Positions 1-15,600 are shown, numbered from the stretch's first letter. The stretch: DNA of 64,000 bases from Auanema rhodensis (GCA_964057225.1 OZ059899.1:20336001-20400000); one strand, 5' to 3'. Program-made: numbers and translations. The notes: a model not told the origin generated them from the letters alone.

Positions 1-70
1 TGAAATTTACGTGAACTTTAATTTATGCTAATTAAATGTACACGTGATGTGCACTTGGTATGTAACTTGC

Positions 71-80
71 TTCACGTGAA
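71..80. other. Perfect 10-bp palindrome TTCACGTGAA with a CACGTG E-box/G-box core (example copy; present in most A monomers and partial units)
   Basis: Self-reverse-complementary, seen directly. Any protein binding is not demonstrated. Confidence 0.8.
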
Positions 81-159
81 AGATAAAGAGATGAGGTTTT
101 CAAAATTAGATTCCCCATGTCCATATTAGTCTTAAAACAAATTTTTATTGATATTGGTG

Positions 160-172
160 CATGGTAACCATG
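160..172. other. Dyad CATGGT-A-ACCATG (example copy; nearly invariant across A monomers)
   Basis: 6-bp arms with a 1-nt spacer, containing a GGTNACC site. It extends to 7-bp arms in the 'ggttcatgg' variant. Confidence 0.8.
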
Positions 173-1232
173 ACTTTGAAATTTACGTGAACTTTAATTT
201 ATGCTAATTAAATGTACACGTGATGTGCACTTGGTATGTAACTTGCTTCACGTGAAAGATAAAGAGATGCGGTTTTCAAAATTAGATTCCCCATGTCCAT
301 ATTAGTCTTAAAACACATTTTTATTGATATTGGTGCATGGTAACCATGACTTTGAAATTTACGTGAACTTTAATTTATGCTAATTAAATGTACACGTGGT
401 GTGCACCCGGTATGTAACTCGCTTCACGTGAAAGATAAAGAGATGAGGTTTTCCCAATTAGATTCCCCATGTCCATATTAGTCTAAAAACAAATTTTTAT
501 CGATATTGGTGCATGGTAACCATGACTTTGAAATTTACGTGAACTTTATTTTATGCTACATAAATGTACACGTGGTGTGCACTCGGTATGTATCTCGCTT
601 CACGTGAAAGAAAAAGAGATGCGGTTTCCAAAATTAGATTCCCCATGTCCATATTAGTCTAAAAACAGTTTTTTACTGATATTGGTGCATGGTAACCATG
701 ATTTTGAAATTTACGTGAACTTTATTTTATGCTACATAAATGTACACGTGGTGTGCACTCGGTATGTATCTCGCTTCACGTGAAAGATAAAGAGATGCGG
801 TTTTCAAAATTAGATTCCCCATGTCCATATTAGTCTAAAAACAAATTTTTATCGATATTGGTGCATGGTAACCATGACTTTGAAATTTACGTGAACTTTA
901 TTTTATGCTACATAAATGTACACGTGGTGTGCACTCGGTATGTATCTCGCTTCACGTGAAAGATAAAGAGATGCGGTTTCCAAAATTAGATTCCCCATGT
1001 CCATATTAGTCTAAAAACAGTTTTTTACTGATATTGGTGCATGGTAACCATGATTTTGAAATTTACGTGAACTTTAATTTATGCTAATTAAATGTACACA
1101 TGGTGTGCACTCGGTATGTAACTCGCTTCACGTGAAAGATAAAGAGTTGCGGTTTTCGAAATTAGATTCCCCATGTCCATATTAGTCTAAAAACAAATTT
1201 TTATTGATATTGGTGCATGGTAACCATGACTT

Positions 1233-4200
1233 TGAAATTTACGTGAACTTTAATTTATGCTAATTAAATGTACACGTGATGTGCACTTGGTATGTAACTC
1301 GCTTCACGTGAAAGATAAAGAGATGCAGTTCTCAAAATTAGATTCCCCATGTCCATATTAGTCTAAAAACAAATTTTTATTGATATTGGTGCATGGTAAC
1401 CATGATTTTGAAATTTACGTGAACTTTAATTTATGCTAATTAAATGTACACGTGGTGTGCACTCCGTATGTAACTCGCTTCACGTGAAAGATAAAGAGAT
1501 GCGGTTTTTAAAATTAGATTCCCCATGTCCATATTAGTCTGAAAACAATTTTTTACTGATATTGGTGCATGGTAACCATGACTTTGAAATTTACGTGAAC
1601 TTTAATTTATGCTAATTAAATGTACAAGTGATGTGCACTTGGTATGTAACTCGCTTCACGTGAAAGATAAGGAGATGCGGTTTTCACAATTAGATTCCCC
1701 ATGTCCATATTAGTCTAAAAACAAATTTTTATTGATATTGGTGCATGGTAACCATGACTTTGAAATTTACGTGAACTTCAATTTATGCTAATTAAATGTA
1801 CACGCGGTGTGCACTTGGTATGTAACTCGCTTCACGTGAAAGATAAAGAGATGCGGTTTTAAAAATTAGATTCCCCATGTCCATATTATTCTAAAAACAG
1901 TTTTTTACTGATATTGGTGCATGGTAACCATGATTTTGAAATTTACGTGAACTTTAATTTATGCTAATTAAATGTACACGTGGTGTGCACTCGGTATGTA
2001 ACTCGCTTCACGTGAAAGATAAAGAGATGCGGTTAACAAAACTAGATTTCCTATGTCCATATTAGTCTAAAAACAAATTTTTATTGATATTGGTTCATGG
2101 TAACCATGACTTTGAAATTTACGTGAACTTTAATTTATGCTAATTAAATGTACACGTGATGTGCACTTGGTATGTAACTTGCTTCACGTGAAAGATAAAG
2201 AGATGAGGTTTTCAAAATTAGATTCCCCATGTCCATATTAGTCTTAAAACAAATTTTTATTGATATTGGTGCATGGTAACCATGACTTTGAAATTTACGT
2301 GAACTTTAATTTATGCTAATTAAATGTACACGTGATGTGCACTTGGTATGTAACTTGCTTCACGTGAAAGATAAAGAGATGCGGTTTTCAAAATTAGATT
2401 CCCCATGTCCATATTAGTCTTAAAACACATTTTTATTGATATTGGTGCATGGTAACCATGACTTTGAAATTTACGTGAACTTTAATTTATGCTAATTAAA
2501 TGTACACGTGGTGTGCACCCGGTATGTAACTCGCTTCACGTGAAAGATAAAGAGATGAGGTTTTCCCAATTAGATTCCCCATGTCCATATTAGTCTAAAA
2601 ACAAATTTTTATCGATATTGGTGCATGGTAACCATGACTTTGAAATTTACGTGAACTTTATTTTATGCTACATAAATGTACACGTGGTGTGCACTCGGTA
2701 TGTATCTCGCTTCACGTGAAAGAAAAAGAGATGCGGTTTCCAAAATTAGATTCCCCATGTCCATATTAGTCTAAAAACAGTTTTTTACTGATATTGGTGC
2801 ATGGTAACCATGATTTTGAAATTTACGTGAACTTTAATTTATGCTAATTAAATGTACACATGGTGTGCACTCGGTATGTAACTCGCTTCACGTGAAAGAT
2901 AAAGAGATGCGGTTTTCAAAATTAGATTCCCCATGTCCATATTAGTCTAAAAACAAACTTTTATTGATATTGGTGCATGGTAACCATGACTTTGAATTTT
3001 ACGTGAACTTTAATTTATGCTAATTAAATGTACAAGTGATGTGCACTTGGTATGTAACTCGCTTCACGTGAAAGATAAGGAGATGCGGTTTTCACAATTA
3101 GATTCCCCATGTCCATATTAGTCTAAAAACAAATTTTTATTGATATTGGTGCATGGTAACCATGACTTTGAAATTTACGTGAACTTCAATTTATGCTAAT
3201 TAAATGTACACGCGGTGTGCACTTGGTATGTAACTCGCTTCACGTGAAAGATAAAGAGATGCGGTTTTAAAAATTAGATTCCCCATGTCCATATTAGTCT
3301 AAAAACAGTTTTTTACTGATATTGGTGCATGGTAACCATGATTTTGAAATTTACGTGAACTTTAATTTATGCTAATTAAATGTACACGTGGTGTGCACTC
3401 GGTATGTAACTCGCTTCACGTGAAAGATAAACAGATGCGGTTAACAAAATTAGATTTCCTATGTCCATATTAGTCTAAAAACAAATTTTTATTGATATTG
3501 GTTCATGGTAACCATGACTTTGAAATTTACGTGAACTTTAATTTATGCTAATTAAATGTACACGTGATGTGCACTTGGTATGTAACTTGCTTCACGTGAA
3601 AGATAAAGAGATGCGGTTTTCAAACTTAGATTCCCCATGTCCATATTAGTCTTAAAACAAATTTTTATTGATATTGGTGCATGGTAACCATGACTTTGAA
3701 ATTTACGTGAACTTTAATTTATGCTAATTAAATGTACACGTGATGTGCACTTGGTATGTAACTTGCTTCACGTGAAAGATAAAGAGATGCGGTTTTCAAA
3801 ATTAGATTCCCCATGTCCATATTAGTCTTAAAACAAATTTTTATCGATATTGGTGCATGGTAACCATGACTTTGAAATTTACGTGAACTTTATTTTATGC
3901 TACATAAATGTACACGTGGTGTGCACTCGGTATGTATCTCGCTTCACGTGAAAGAAAAACAGATGCGGTTTCCAAAATTAGATTCCCCATGTCCATATTA
4001 GTCTAAAAACAGTTTTTTACTGATATTGGTGCATGGTAACCATGATTTTGAAATTTACGTGAACTTTAATTTATGCTAATTAAATGTACACATGGTGTGC
4101 ACTCGGTATGTAACTCGCTTCACGTGAAAGATAAAGAGATGCGGTTTTCAAAATTAGATTCCCCATGTCCATATTAGTCTAAAAACAAATTTTTATTGAT

Positions 4201-4576
4201 ATTGGTGCATGGTAACCATGACTTTGAATTTTACGTGAACTTTAATTTATGCTAATTAAACGTACACGTGGTGTGCACTCGGTATGTAACTCGCTTCACG
4301 TGAAAGATAAAGAGATGCGGTTTTCAAAAATAGATTCCCCATGTCCATATTAGTCTAAAAACAAATTTTTATTGATATTGGTGCATGGTAACCATGACTT
4401 TGAATTTTATGTGAACTTTAATTTATGCTAATTAAATGTACACGTGGTGTGCACTCGGTATGTAACTCGCTGCACGTGAAAGATAAAGAGATGCGGTTTT
4501 TAAAATTAGACTCCCCATGTCCATATTAGTCTAAAAACAAATTTTTATTGATATTGGTGCATGGTAACCATGACTT
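1233..4576. repeat. Satellite A block duplicated at long range (copy 1; copy 2 at ~19713-22528)
   Basis: Private markers 'ccatattatt' (1881/20361), 'actagatttc' (2041/20521) and 'aaaacacat' (2421/20901) are offset by 18480 (105x176). Markers 'caaactta' (3621/21573) and 'gctgcacgtg' (4469/22421) are offset by 17952 (102x176). Block ends are approximate. Confidence 0.85.
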
Positions 4577-7500
4577 TGAAATTTACGTGAACTTTAATTT
4601 ATGCTAATTAAATGTACACGTGGTGTGCACTCGGTATGTAACTCGCTTCACGTGAAAGATAAAGAGATGCGGTTAACAAAATTAGATTTCCTATGTCCAT
4701 ATTAGTCTAAAAACAAATTTTTATTGATATTGGTTCATGGTAACCATGACTTTGAAATTTACGTGAACTTTAATTTATGCTAATTAAATGTACACGTGGT
4801 GTGCACTCGGTATGTAACTCGCTTCACGTGAAAGATAAAAAGATGCGGTTTTCAAAATTTGATTCCTCATGTCCATATTAGTCTAAAAACAAATTTTTAT
4901 TGATATTGGTGCATGGTAACCATGACTTTAAAATTTACGTGAACTTTAATTTATGCTAATTAAATGTACACGTGATGTGCACTTGGTATGTAACTCGCTT
5001 CACGTGAAAGATAAAGAGATGCAGTTCTCAAAATTAGATTCCCCATGTCCATATTAGTCTAGAAACAAATTTTTATTGATATTGGTGCATGGTAACCATG
5101 ACTTTGAAATTTACGTGAACTTTAATTTATGCTAATTAAATGTACACGTGATGTGCACTTGGTATGTAACTTGCTTCACGTGAAAGATAAAGAGATGCGG
5201 TTTTCAAAATTAGATTCCCCATGTCCATATTAGTCTTAAAACAAATTTTCATTGATATTGGTGCATGGTAACCATGACTTTGAAATTTACGTGAACTTTA
5301 ATTTATGCTAATTAAATGTACACGTGATGTGCACTTGGTATGTAACTCGCTTCACGTGAAAGATAAAGAGATGCAGTTCTCAAAATTGGATTCCCCATGT
5401 CCATATTAGTCTAAAAACAAATTTTTATTGATATTGGTGCATGGTAACCATGACTTTGAAATTTACGTGAACTTTAATTTATGCTAATTAAATGTACACG
5501 TGGTGTGCACTCGGTATGTAACTCGCTTCACGTAAAAGATAAAGAGATGCGGTTTTTAAAATTAGATTCCCCATGTCCATATTAGTCTAAAAACAAATTT
5601 TTATTGATATTGGTGCATGGTAACCATGACTTTGAAATTTACGTGAACTTTATTTTATGCTAATTAAACGTACACGTGATGTGCACTTGGTATGTAACTT
5701 GCTTCACGTGAAAGATAAAGAGATGCGGTTTTCAAAATTAGATTTCCCATGTCCATATTAGTCTAAAAACAGTTTTTTACTGATATTGGTGCATGGTAAC
5801 CATGACTTTGAAATTTACGTGAACTTTAATTTATGCTAATTAAATGTACACGTGGTGTGCACTCGGTATGTAACTCGCTTCACGTGAAAGATAAAGAGAT
5901 GCGGTTTTTAAAATTAGATTCCCCATGTCCATATTAGTCTAAAAACAAATTTTTATTGATATTGGTGCATGGTAACCATGACTTTGAAATTTACGTGAAC
6001 TTTAATTTATGCTAATTAAATGTACACGTGATGTGCACTTGGTATGTAACTCGCTTCACGTGAAAGATAAGGAGATGCGGTTTTCAAAAATAGATTCCCC
6101 ATGTCCATATTAGTCTAAAAACAAATTTTTATGGATATTGGTGCATGGTAACCATGACTTTGAAATTTACGTGAACTTTAATTTATGCTAATTAAATGTA
6201 CACGTGGTGTGCACTCGGTATGTAACTCGCTTCACGTAAAAGATAAAGAGATGAGGTTTTCCAAATTAGATTCCCCATGTCCATATTAGTCTAAAAACAA
6301 ATTTTTATCGATATTGGTGCATGGTAACCATGACTTTGAAATTTACGTGAACTTTATTTTATGCTACATTAATGTACACGTGGTGTGCACTCGGTATGTA
6401 TCTCGCTTCACGTGAAAGATGAAGAGATGCGGTTTCCAAAATTAGATTCCCCATGTCCATATTAGTCTAAAAACAGTTTTTTACTGATATTGGTGCATGG
6501 TAACCATGATTTTGAAATTTACGTGAACTTTAATTTATGCTAATTAAATGTACACGTGATGTGCACTTGGTATGTAACTCGCTTCACGTGAAAAATAAAG
6601 AGATGCAGTTCTCAAAATTAGATTCCCCATGTCCATATTAGTCTAAAAACGAATTTTTATTGATATTGGTGCATGGTAACCATGACTTTGAAATTTACGT
6701 GAACTTTAATTTATGCTAATTAAATGTACACGTGATGTGCACTTGGTATGTAACTTGCTTCACGTGAAAGATAAAGAGATGCGGTTTTCAAAATTAGATT
6801 CCCCATGTCCATATTAGTCTTAAAACAAATTTTTATTGATATTGGTGCATGGTAACCATGACTTTGAAATTTACGTGAACTTTAATTTATGCTAATTAAA
6901 TGTACACGTGATGTGCACTTGGTATGTAACTTGCTTCACGTGAAAGATAAAGAGATGCGGTTTTCAAAATTAGATTCCCCATGTCCATATTAGTCTTAAA
7001 ACAAATTTTTATTGATATTGGTGCATGGTAACCATGACTTTGAAATTTACGTGAACTTTAATTTATGCTAATTAAATGTACACGTGGTGTGCACCCGGTA
7101 TGTAACTCGCTTCACGTGAAAGATAAAGAGATGAGGTTTTCCCAATTAGATTCCCCATGTCCATATTAGTCTAAAAACAAATTTTTATCGATATTGGTGC
7201 ATGGTAACCATGACTTTGAAATTTACGTGAACTTTATTTTATGCTACATAAATGTACACGTGGTGTGCACTCGGTATGTATCTCGCTTCACGTGAAAGAA
7301 AAAGAGATGCGGTTTCCAAAATTAGATTCCCCATGTCCATATTAGTCTAAAAACAGTTTTTTACTGATATTGGTGCATGGTAACCATGACTTTGAAATTT
7401 ACGTGAACTTTAATTTATGCTAATTAAATGTACACGTGATGTGCACTTGGTATGTAACTTGCTTCACGTGAAAGATAAAGAGATGCGGTTTTCAAAATTA

Positions 7501-9680
7501 GATTTCCCATGTCCATATTAGTCTTAAAACAAATTTTTATTGATATTGGTGCATGGTAACCATGACTTTGAAATTTACGTGAACTTTAATTTATGCTAAT
7601 TAAATGTACACGTGGTGTGCACTCGGTATGTAACTCGCTTCACGTGAAAGATAAAGAGATGCGGTTTTTAAAATTAGACTCCCCATGTCCATATTAGTCT
7701 AAAAACAAATTTTTATTGATATTGGTGCATGGTAACCATGACTTTGAAATCTACGTGAACTTTAATTTATGCTAATTAAATGTACACGTGATGTGCACTC
7801 GGTATGTAACTCGCTTCACGTGAAAGATAAAGAGATGCGGTTTTCAAAATTAGATTCCCCATGTCCATATTAGTCTAAAAACTAATTTTTATTGATATTG
7901 GTGCATGGTAACCATGACTTTGAAATTTACGTGAACTTTAATTTATGCTAATTAAATGTACACGTGGTGTGCACTCAGTATGTAACTCGCTTCACGTGAA
8001 AGATAAAGAGATGCGGTTTTTAAAATTAGATTCCCCATGTCCATATTAGTCTGAAAACAATTTTTCACTGATATTGGTGCATGGTAACCATGACTTTGAA
8101 ATTTACGTGAACTTCAATTTATGCTAATTAAATGTACACGCGGTGTGCACTTGGTATGTAACTCGCTTCACGTGAAAGATAAAGAGATGCGGTTTTAAAA
8201 ATTAGATTCCCCATGTCCATATTAGTCTAAAAACAGTTTTTTACTGATATTGGTGCATGGTAACCATGATTTTGAAATTTACGTGAACTTTAATTTATGC
8301 TAATTAAATGTACACGTGGTGTGCACTCGGTATGTAACTCGCTTCACGTGAAAGATAAAGAGATGCGGTTAACAAAATTAGATTTCCTATGTCCATATTA
8401 GTCTAAAAACAAATTTTTATTGATATTGGTTCATGGTAACCATGACTTTGAAATTTACGTGAACTTTAATTTATGCTAATTAAATGTACACGTGGTGTGC
8501 ACTCGGTATGTAACTCGCTTCACGTGAAAGATAAAAAGATGCGGTTTTCAAAATTTGATTCCTCATGTCCATATTAGTCTAAAAACAAATTTTTATTGAT
8601 ATTGGTGCATGGTAACCATGACTTTGAAATTTACGTGAACTTTAATTTATGCTAATTAAATGTACACGTGATGTGCACTTGGTATGTAACTCGCTTCACG
8701 TGAAAGATGAAGAGATGCAGTTCTCAAAATTAGATTCCCCATGTCCATATTAGTCTAGAAACAAATGTTTATTGATATTGGTGCATGGTAACCATGACTT
8801 TGAAATTTACGTGAACTTTAATTTATGCTAATTAAATGTACACGTGATGTGCACTTGGTATGTAACTTGCTTCACGTGAAAGATAAAGAGATGCGGTTTT
8901 CAAAATTAGATTCCCCATGTCCATATTAGTCTAGAAACAAATTTTTATTGATATTGGTGCATGGTAACCATGACTTTGAAATTTACGTGAACTTTAATTT
9001 ATGCTAATTAAATGTACACGTGATGTGCACTTGGTATGTAACTTGCTTCACGTGAAAGATAAAGAGATGCGGTTTTCAAAATTAGATTCCCCATGTCCAT
9101 ATTAGTCTTAAAACAAATTTTTATTGATATTGGTGCATGGTAACCATGACTTTGAAATTTACGTGAACTTTAATTTATGCTAATTAAATGTACACGTGAT
9201 GTGCACTTGGTATGTAACTTGCTTCACGTGAAAGATAAAGAGATGCGGTTTTCAAAATTAGATTCCCCATGTCCATATTAGTCTAGAAACAAATTTTTAT
9301 TGATATTGGTGCATGGTAACCATGACTTTGAAATTTACGTGAACTTTAATTTATGCTAATTAAATGTACACGTGATGTGCACTTGGTATGTAACTCGCTT
9401 CACGTGAAAGATAAAGAGATGCAGTTCTCAAAATTAGATTCCCCATGTCCATATTAGTCTAGAAACAAATTTTTATTGATATTGGTGCATGGTAACCATG
9501 ACTTTGAAATTTACGTGAACTTTAATTTATGCTAATTAAATGTACACGTGATGTGCACTTGGTATGTAACTTGCTTCACGTGAAAGATAAAGAGATGCGG
9601 TTTTCAAAATTAGATTCCCCATGTCCATATTAGTCTAGAAACAAATTTTTATTGATATTGGTGCATGGTAACCATGACTT

Positions 9681-12600
9681 TGAAATTTACGTGAACTTTA
9701 ATTTATGCTAATTAAATGTACACGTGATGTGCACTTGGTATGTAACTCGCTTCACGTGAAAGATAAAGAGATGCAGTTCTCAAAATTAGATTCCCCATGT
9801 CCATATTAGTCTAGAAACAAATTTTTATTGATATTGGTGCATGGTAACCATGACTTTGAAATTTACGTGAACTTTAATTTATGCTAATTAAATGTACACG
9901 TGATGTGCACTTGGTATGTAACTTGCTTCACGTGAAAGATAAAGAGATGCGGTTTTCAAAATTAGATTCCCCATGTCCATATTAGTCTTAAAACAAATTT
10001 TTATTGATATTGGTGCATGGTAACCATGACTTTGAAATTTACGTGAACTTTAATTTATGCTAATTAAATGTACACGTGATGTGCACTTGGTATGTAACTT
10101 GCTTCACGTGAAAGATAAAGAGATGCGGTTTTCAAAATTAGATTCCCCATGTCCATATTAGTCTTAAAACAAATTTTTATTGATATTGGTGCATGGTAAC
10201 CATGACTTTGAAATTTACGTGAACTTTAATTTATGCTAATTAAATGTACACGTGGTGTGCACCCGGTATGTAACTCGCTTCACGTGAAAGATAAAGAGAT
10301 GAGGTTTTCCCAATTAGATTCCCCATGTCCATATTAGTCTAAAAACAAATTTTTATCGATATTGGTGCATGGTAACCATGACTTTGAAATTTACGTGAAC
10401 TTTATTTTATGCTACATAAATGTACACGTGGTGTTCACTCGGTATGTATCTCGCTTCACGTGAAAGAAAAAGAGATGCGGTTTCCAAAATTAGATTCCCC
10501 ATGTCCATATTAGTCTAAAAACAGTTTTTTACTGATATTGGTGCATGGTAACCATGACTTTGAAATTTACGTGAACTTTAATTTATGCTAATTAAATGTA
10601 CACGTGGTGTGCACTCAGTATGTAACTCGCTTCACGTGAAAGATAAAGAGATGCGGTTTTTAAAATTAGATTCCCCATGTCCATATTAGTCTGAAAACAA
10701 TTTTTCACTGATATTGGTGCATGGTAACCATGACTTTGAAATTTACGTGAACTTTAATTTATGCTAATTAAATGTACACGTGGTGTGCACTCGGTATATA
10801 ACTCGCTTCACGTGAAAGATAAAGAGATGCGGTTTTTAAAATTAGATTCCCCATGTCCATATTAGTCTGAAAACAATTTTTTACTGATATTGGTGCATGG
10901 TAACCATGACTTTGAAATTTACGTGAACTTTAATTTATGCTAATTAAATGTACACGTGGTGTGCACTCGGTATATAACTCGCTTCACGTGAAAGATAAAG
11001 AGATGCGGTTTTTAAAATTAGATTCCCCATGTCCATATTAGTCTGAAAACAATTTTTTACTGATATTGGTGCATGGTAACCATGACTTTGAAATTTACGT
11101 GAACTTTAATTTATGCTAATTAAATGTACAAGTGATGTGCACTTGGTATGTAACTCGCTTCACGTGAAAGATAAGGAGATGCGGTTTTCACAATTAGATT
11201 CCCCATGTCTATATTAGTCTAAAAACAAATTTTCATTGATATTGGTGCATGGTAACCATGACTTTGAAATCTACGTGAACTTTAATTTATGCTAATTAAA
11301 TGTACACGTGATGTGCACTTGGTATGTAACTCGCTTCACGTGAAAGATAAAGAGATGCGGTTTTCAAAATTAGATTCCCCATGTCCATATTAGTCTAAAA
11401 ACAAATTTTTATTGATATTGGTGCATGGTAACCATGACTTTGAAATTTACGTGAACTTTAATTTATGCTAATTAAATGTACACGTGGTGTGCACTCCGTA
11501 TGTAACTCGCTTCACGTGAAAGATAAAGAGATGCGGTTTTTAAAATTAGATTCCCCATGTCCATATTAGTCTGAAAACAATTTTTCACTGATATTGGTGC
11601 ATGGTAACCATGACTTTGAAATTTACGTGAACTTTAATTTATGCTAATTAAATGTACACGTGATGTGCACTTGGTATGTAACTCGCTTCACGTGAAAGAT
11701 AAAGAGATGCGGTTTTCAAAATTAGATTCCCCATGTCCATATTAGTCTAAAAACAAATTTTTATTGATATTGGTGCATGGTAACCATGACTTTGAAATTT
11801 ACGTGAACTTTAATTTATGCTAATTAAATGTACACGTGGTGTGCACTCAGTATGTAACTCGCTTCACGTGAAAGATAAAGAGATGCGGTTTTTAAAATTA
11901 GATTCCCCATGTCCATATTAGTCTGAAAACAATTTTTCACTGATATTGGTGCATGGTAACCATGACTTTGAAATTTACGTGAACTTTAATTTATGCTAAT
12001 TAAATGTACAAGTGATGTGCACTTGGTATGTAACTCGCTTCACGTGAAAGATAAGGAGATGCGGTTTTCACAATTAGATTCCCCATGTCCATATTAGTCT
12101 AAAAACAAATTTTTATTGATATTGGTGCATGGTAACCATGACTTTGAAATTTACGTGAACTTCAATTTATGCTAATTAAATGTACACGCGGTGTGCACTT
12201 GGTATGTAACTCGCTTCACGTGAAAGATAAACAGATGCGGTTTTAAAAATTAGATTCCCCATGTCCATATTAGTCTAAAAACAGTTTTTTACTGATATTG
12301 GTGCATGGTAACCATGATTTTGAAATTTACGTGAACTTTAATTTATGCTAATTAAATGTACACGTGGTGTGCACTCGGTATGTAACTCGCTTCACGTGAA
12401 AGATAAAGAGATGCGGTTAACAAAATTAGATTTCCTATGTCCATATTAGTCTAAAAACAAATTTTTATTGATATTGGTTCATGGTAACCATGACTTTGAA
12501 ATTTACGTGAACTTTAATTTATGCTAATTAAATGTACACGTGATGTGCACTTGGTATGTAACTCGCTTCACGTGAAAGATAAAGAGATGCAGTTCTCAAA

Positions 12601-15600
12601 ATTAGATTCCCCATGTCCATATTAGTCTAGAAACAAATTTTTATTGATATTGGTGCATGGTAACCATGACTTTGAAATTTACGTGAACTTTAATTTATGC
12701 TAATTAAATGTACACGTGATGTGCACTTGGTATGTAACTTGCTTCACGTGAAAGATAAAGAGATGCGGTTTTCAAAATTAGATTCCCCATGTCCATATTA
12801 GTCTTAAAACAAATTTTTATTGATATTGGTGCATGGTAACCATGACTTTGAAATTTACGTGAACTTTAATTTATGCTAATTAAATGTACACGTGATGTGC
12901 ACTTGGTATGTAACTTGCTTCACGTGAAAGATAAAGAGATGCGGTTTTCAAAATTAGATTCCCCATGTCCATATTAGTCTTAAAACAAATTTTTATTGAT
13001 ATTGGTGCATGGTAACCATGACTTTGAAATTTACGTGAACTTTAATTTATGCTAATTAAATGTACACGTGGTGTGCACCCGGTATGTAACTCGCTTCACG
13101 TGAAAGATAAAGAGATGAGGTTTTCCCAATTAGATTCCCCATGTCCATATTAGTCTAAAAACAAATTTTTATCGATATTGGTGCATGGTAACCATGACTT
13201 TGAAATTTACGTGAACTTTATTTTATGCTACATAAATGTACACGTGGTGTTCACTCGGTATGTATCTCGCTTCACGTGAAAGAAAAAGAGATGCGGTTTC
13301 CAAAATTAGATTCCCCATGTCCATATTAGTCTAAAAACAGTTTTTTACTGATATTGGTGCATGGTAACCATGACTTTGAAATTTACGTGAACTTTAATTT
13401 ATGCTAATTAAATGTACACGTGGTGTGCACTCAGTATGTAACTCGCTTCACGTGAAAGATAAACAGATGCGGTTTTTAAAATTAGATTCCCCATGTCCAT
13501 ATTAGTCTGAAAACAATTTTTCACTGATATTGGTGCATGGTAACCATGACTTTGAAATTTACGTGAACTTTAATTTATGCTAATTAAATGTACACGTGGT
13601 GTGCACTCGGTATATAACTCGCTTCACGTGAAAGATAAAGAGATGCGGTTTTTAAAATTAGATTCCCCATGTCCATATTAGTCTGAAAACAATTTTTTAC
13701 TGATATTGGTGCATGGTAACCATGACTTTGAAATTTACGTGAACTTTAATTTATGCTAATTAAATGTACACGTGGTGTGCACTCGGTATATAACTCGCTT
13801 CACGTGAAAGATAAAGAGATGCGGTTTTTAAAATTAGATTCCCCATGTCCATATTAGTCTGAAAACAATTTTTTACTGATATTGGTGCATGGTAACCATG
13901 ACTTTGAAATTTACGTGAACTTTAATTTATGCTAATTAAATGTACAAGTGATGTGCACTTGGTATGTAACTCGCTTCACGTGAAAGATAAGGAGATGCGG
14001 TTTTCACAATTAGATTCCCCATGTCTATATTAGTCTAAAAACAAATTTTCATTGATATTGGTGCATGGTAACCATGACTTTGAAATCTACGTGAACTTTA
14101 ATTTATGCTAATTAAATGTACACGTGATGTGCACTTGGTATGTAACTCGCTTCACGTGAAAGATAAAGAGATGCGGTTTTCAAAATTAGATTCCCCATGT
14201 CCATATTAGTCTAAAAACAAATTTTTATTGATATTGGTGCATGGTAACCATGACTTTGAAATTTACGTGAACTTTAATTTATGCTAATTAAATGTACACG
14301 TGGTGTGCACTCCGTATGTAACTCGCTTCACGTGAAAGATAAAGAGATGCGGTTTTTAAAATTAGATTCCCCATGTCCATATTAGTCTGAAAACAATTTT
14401 TCACTGATATTGGTGCATGGTAACCATGACTTTGAAATTTACGTGAACTTTAATTTATGCTAATTAAATGTACAAGTGATGTGCACTTGGTATGTAACTC
14501 GCTTTACGTGAAAGATAAGGAGATGCGGTTTTCACAATTAGATTCCCCATGTCCATATTAGTCTAAAAACAAATTTTTATTGATATTGGTGCATGGTAAC
14601 CATGACTTTGAAATTTACGTGAACTTCAATTTATGCTAATTAAATGTACACGCGGTGTGCACTTGGTATGTAACTCGCTTCACGTGAAAGATAAAGAGAT
14701 GCGGTTTTAAAAATTAGATTCCCCATGTCCATATTAGTCTAAAAACAGTTTTTTACTGATATTGGTGCATGGTAACCATGATTTTGAAATTTACGTGAAC
14801 TTTAATTTATGCTAATTAAATGTACACGTGGTGTGCACTCGGTATGTAACTCGCTTCACGTGAAAGATAAAGAGATGCGGTTAACAAAATTAGATTTCCT
14901 ATGTCCATATTAGTCTAAAAACAAATTTTTATTGATATTGGTTCATGGTAACCATGACTTTGAAATTTACGTGAACTTTAATTTATGCTAATTAAATGTA
15001 CACGTGATGTGCACTTGGTATGTAACTCGCTTCACGTGAAAGATAAAGAGATGCAGTTCTCAAAATTAGATTCCCCATGTCCATATTAGTCTAGAAACAA
15101 ATTTTTATTGATATTGGTGCATGGTAACCATGACTTTGAAATTTACGTGAACTTTAATTTATGCTAATTAAATGTACACGTGATGTGCACTTGGTATGTA
15201 ACTTGCTTCACGTGAAAGATAAAGAGATGCGGTTTTCAAAATTAGATTCCCCATGTCCATATTAGTCTTAAAACAAATTTTTATTGATATTGGTGCATGG
15301 TAACCATGACTTTGAAATTTACGTGAACTTTAATTTATGCTAATTAAATGTACACGTGATGTGCACTTGGTATGTAACTTGCTTCACGTGAAAGATAAAG
15401 AGATGCGGTTTTCAAAATTAGATTCCCCATGTCCATATTAGTCTTAAAACAAATTTTTATTGATATTGGTGCATGGTAACCATGACTTTGAAATTTACGT
15501 GAACTTTAATTTATGCTAATTAAATGTACACGTGGTGTGCACCCGGTATGTAACTCGCTTCACGTGAAAGATAAAGAGATGAGGTTTTCCCAATTAGATT

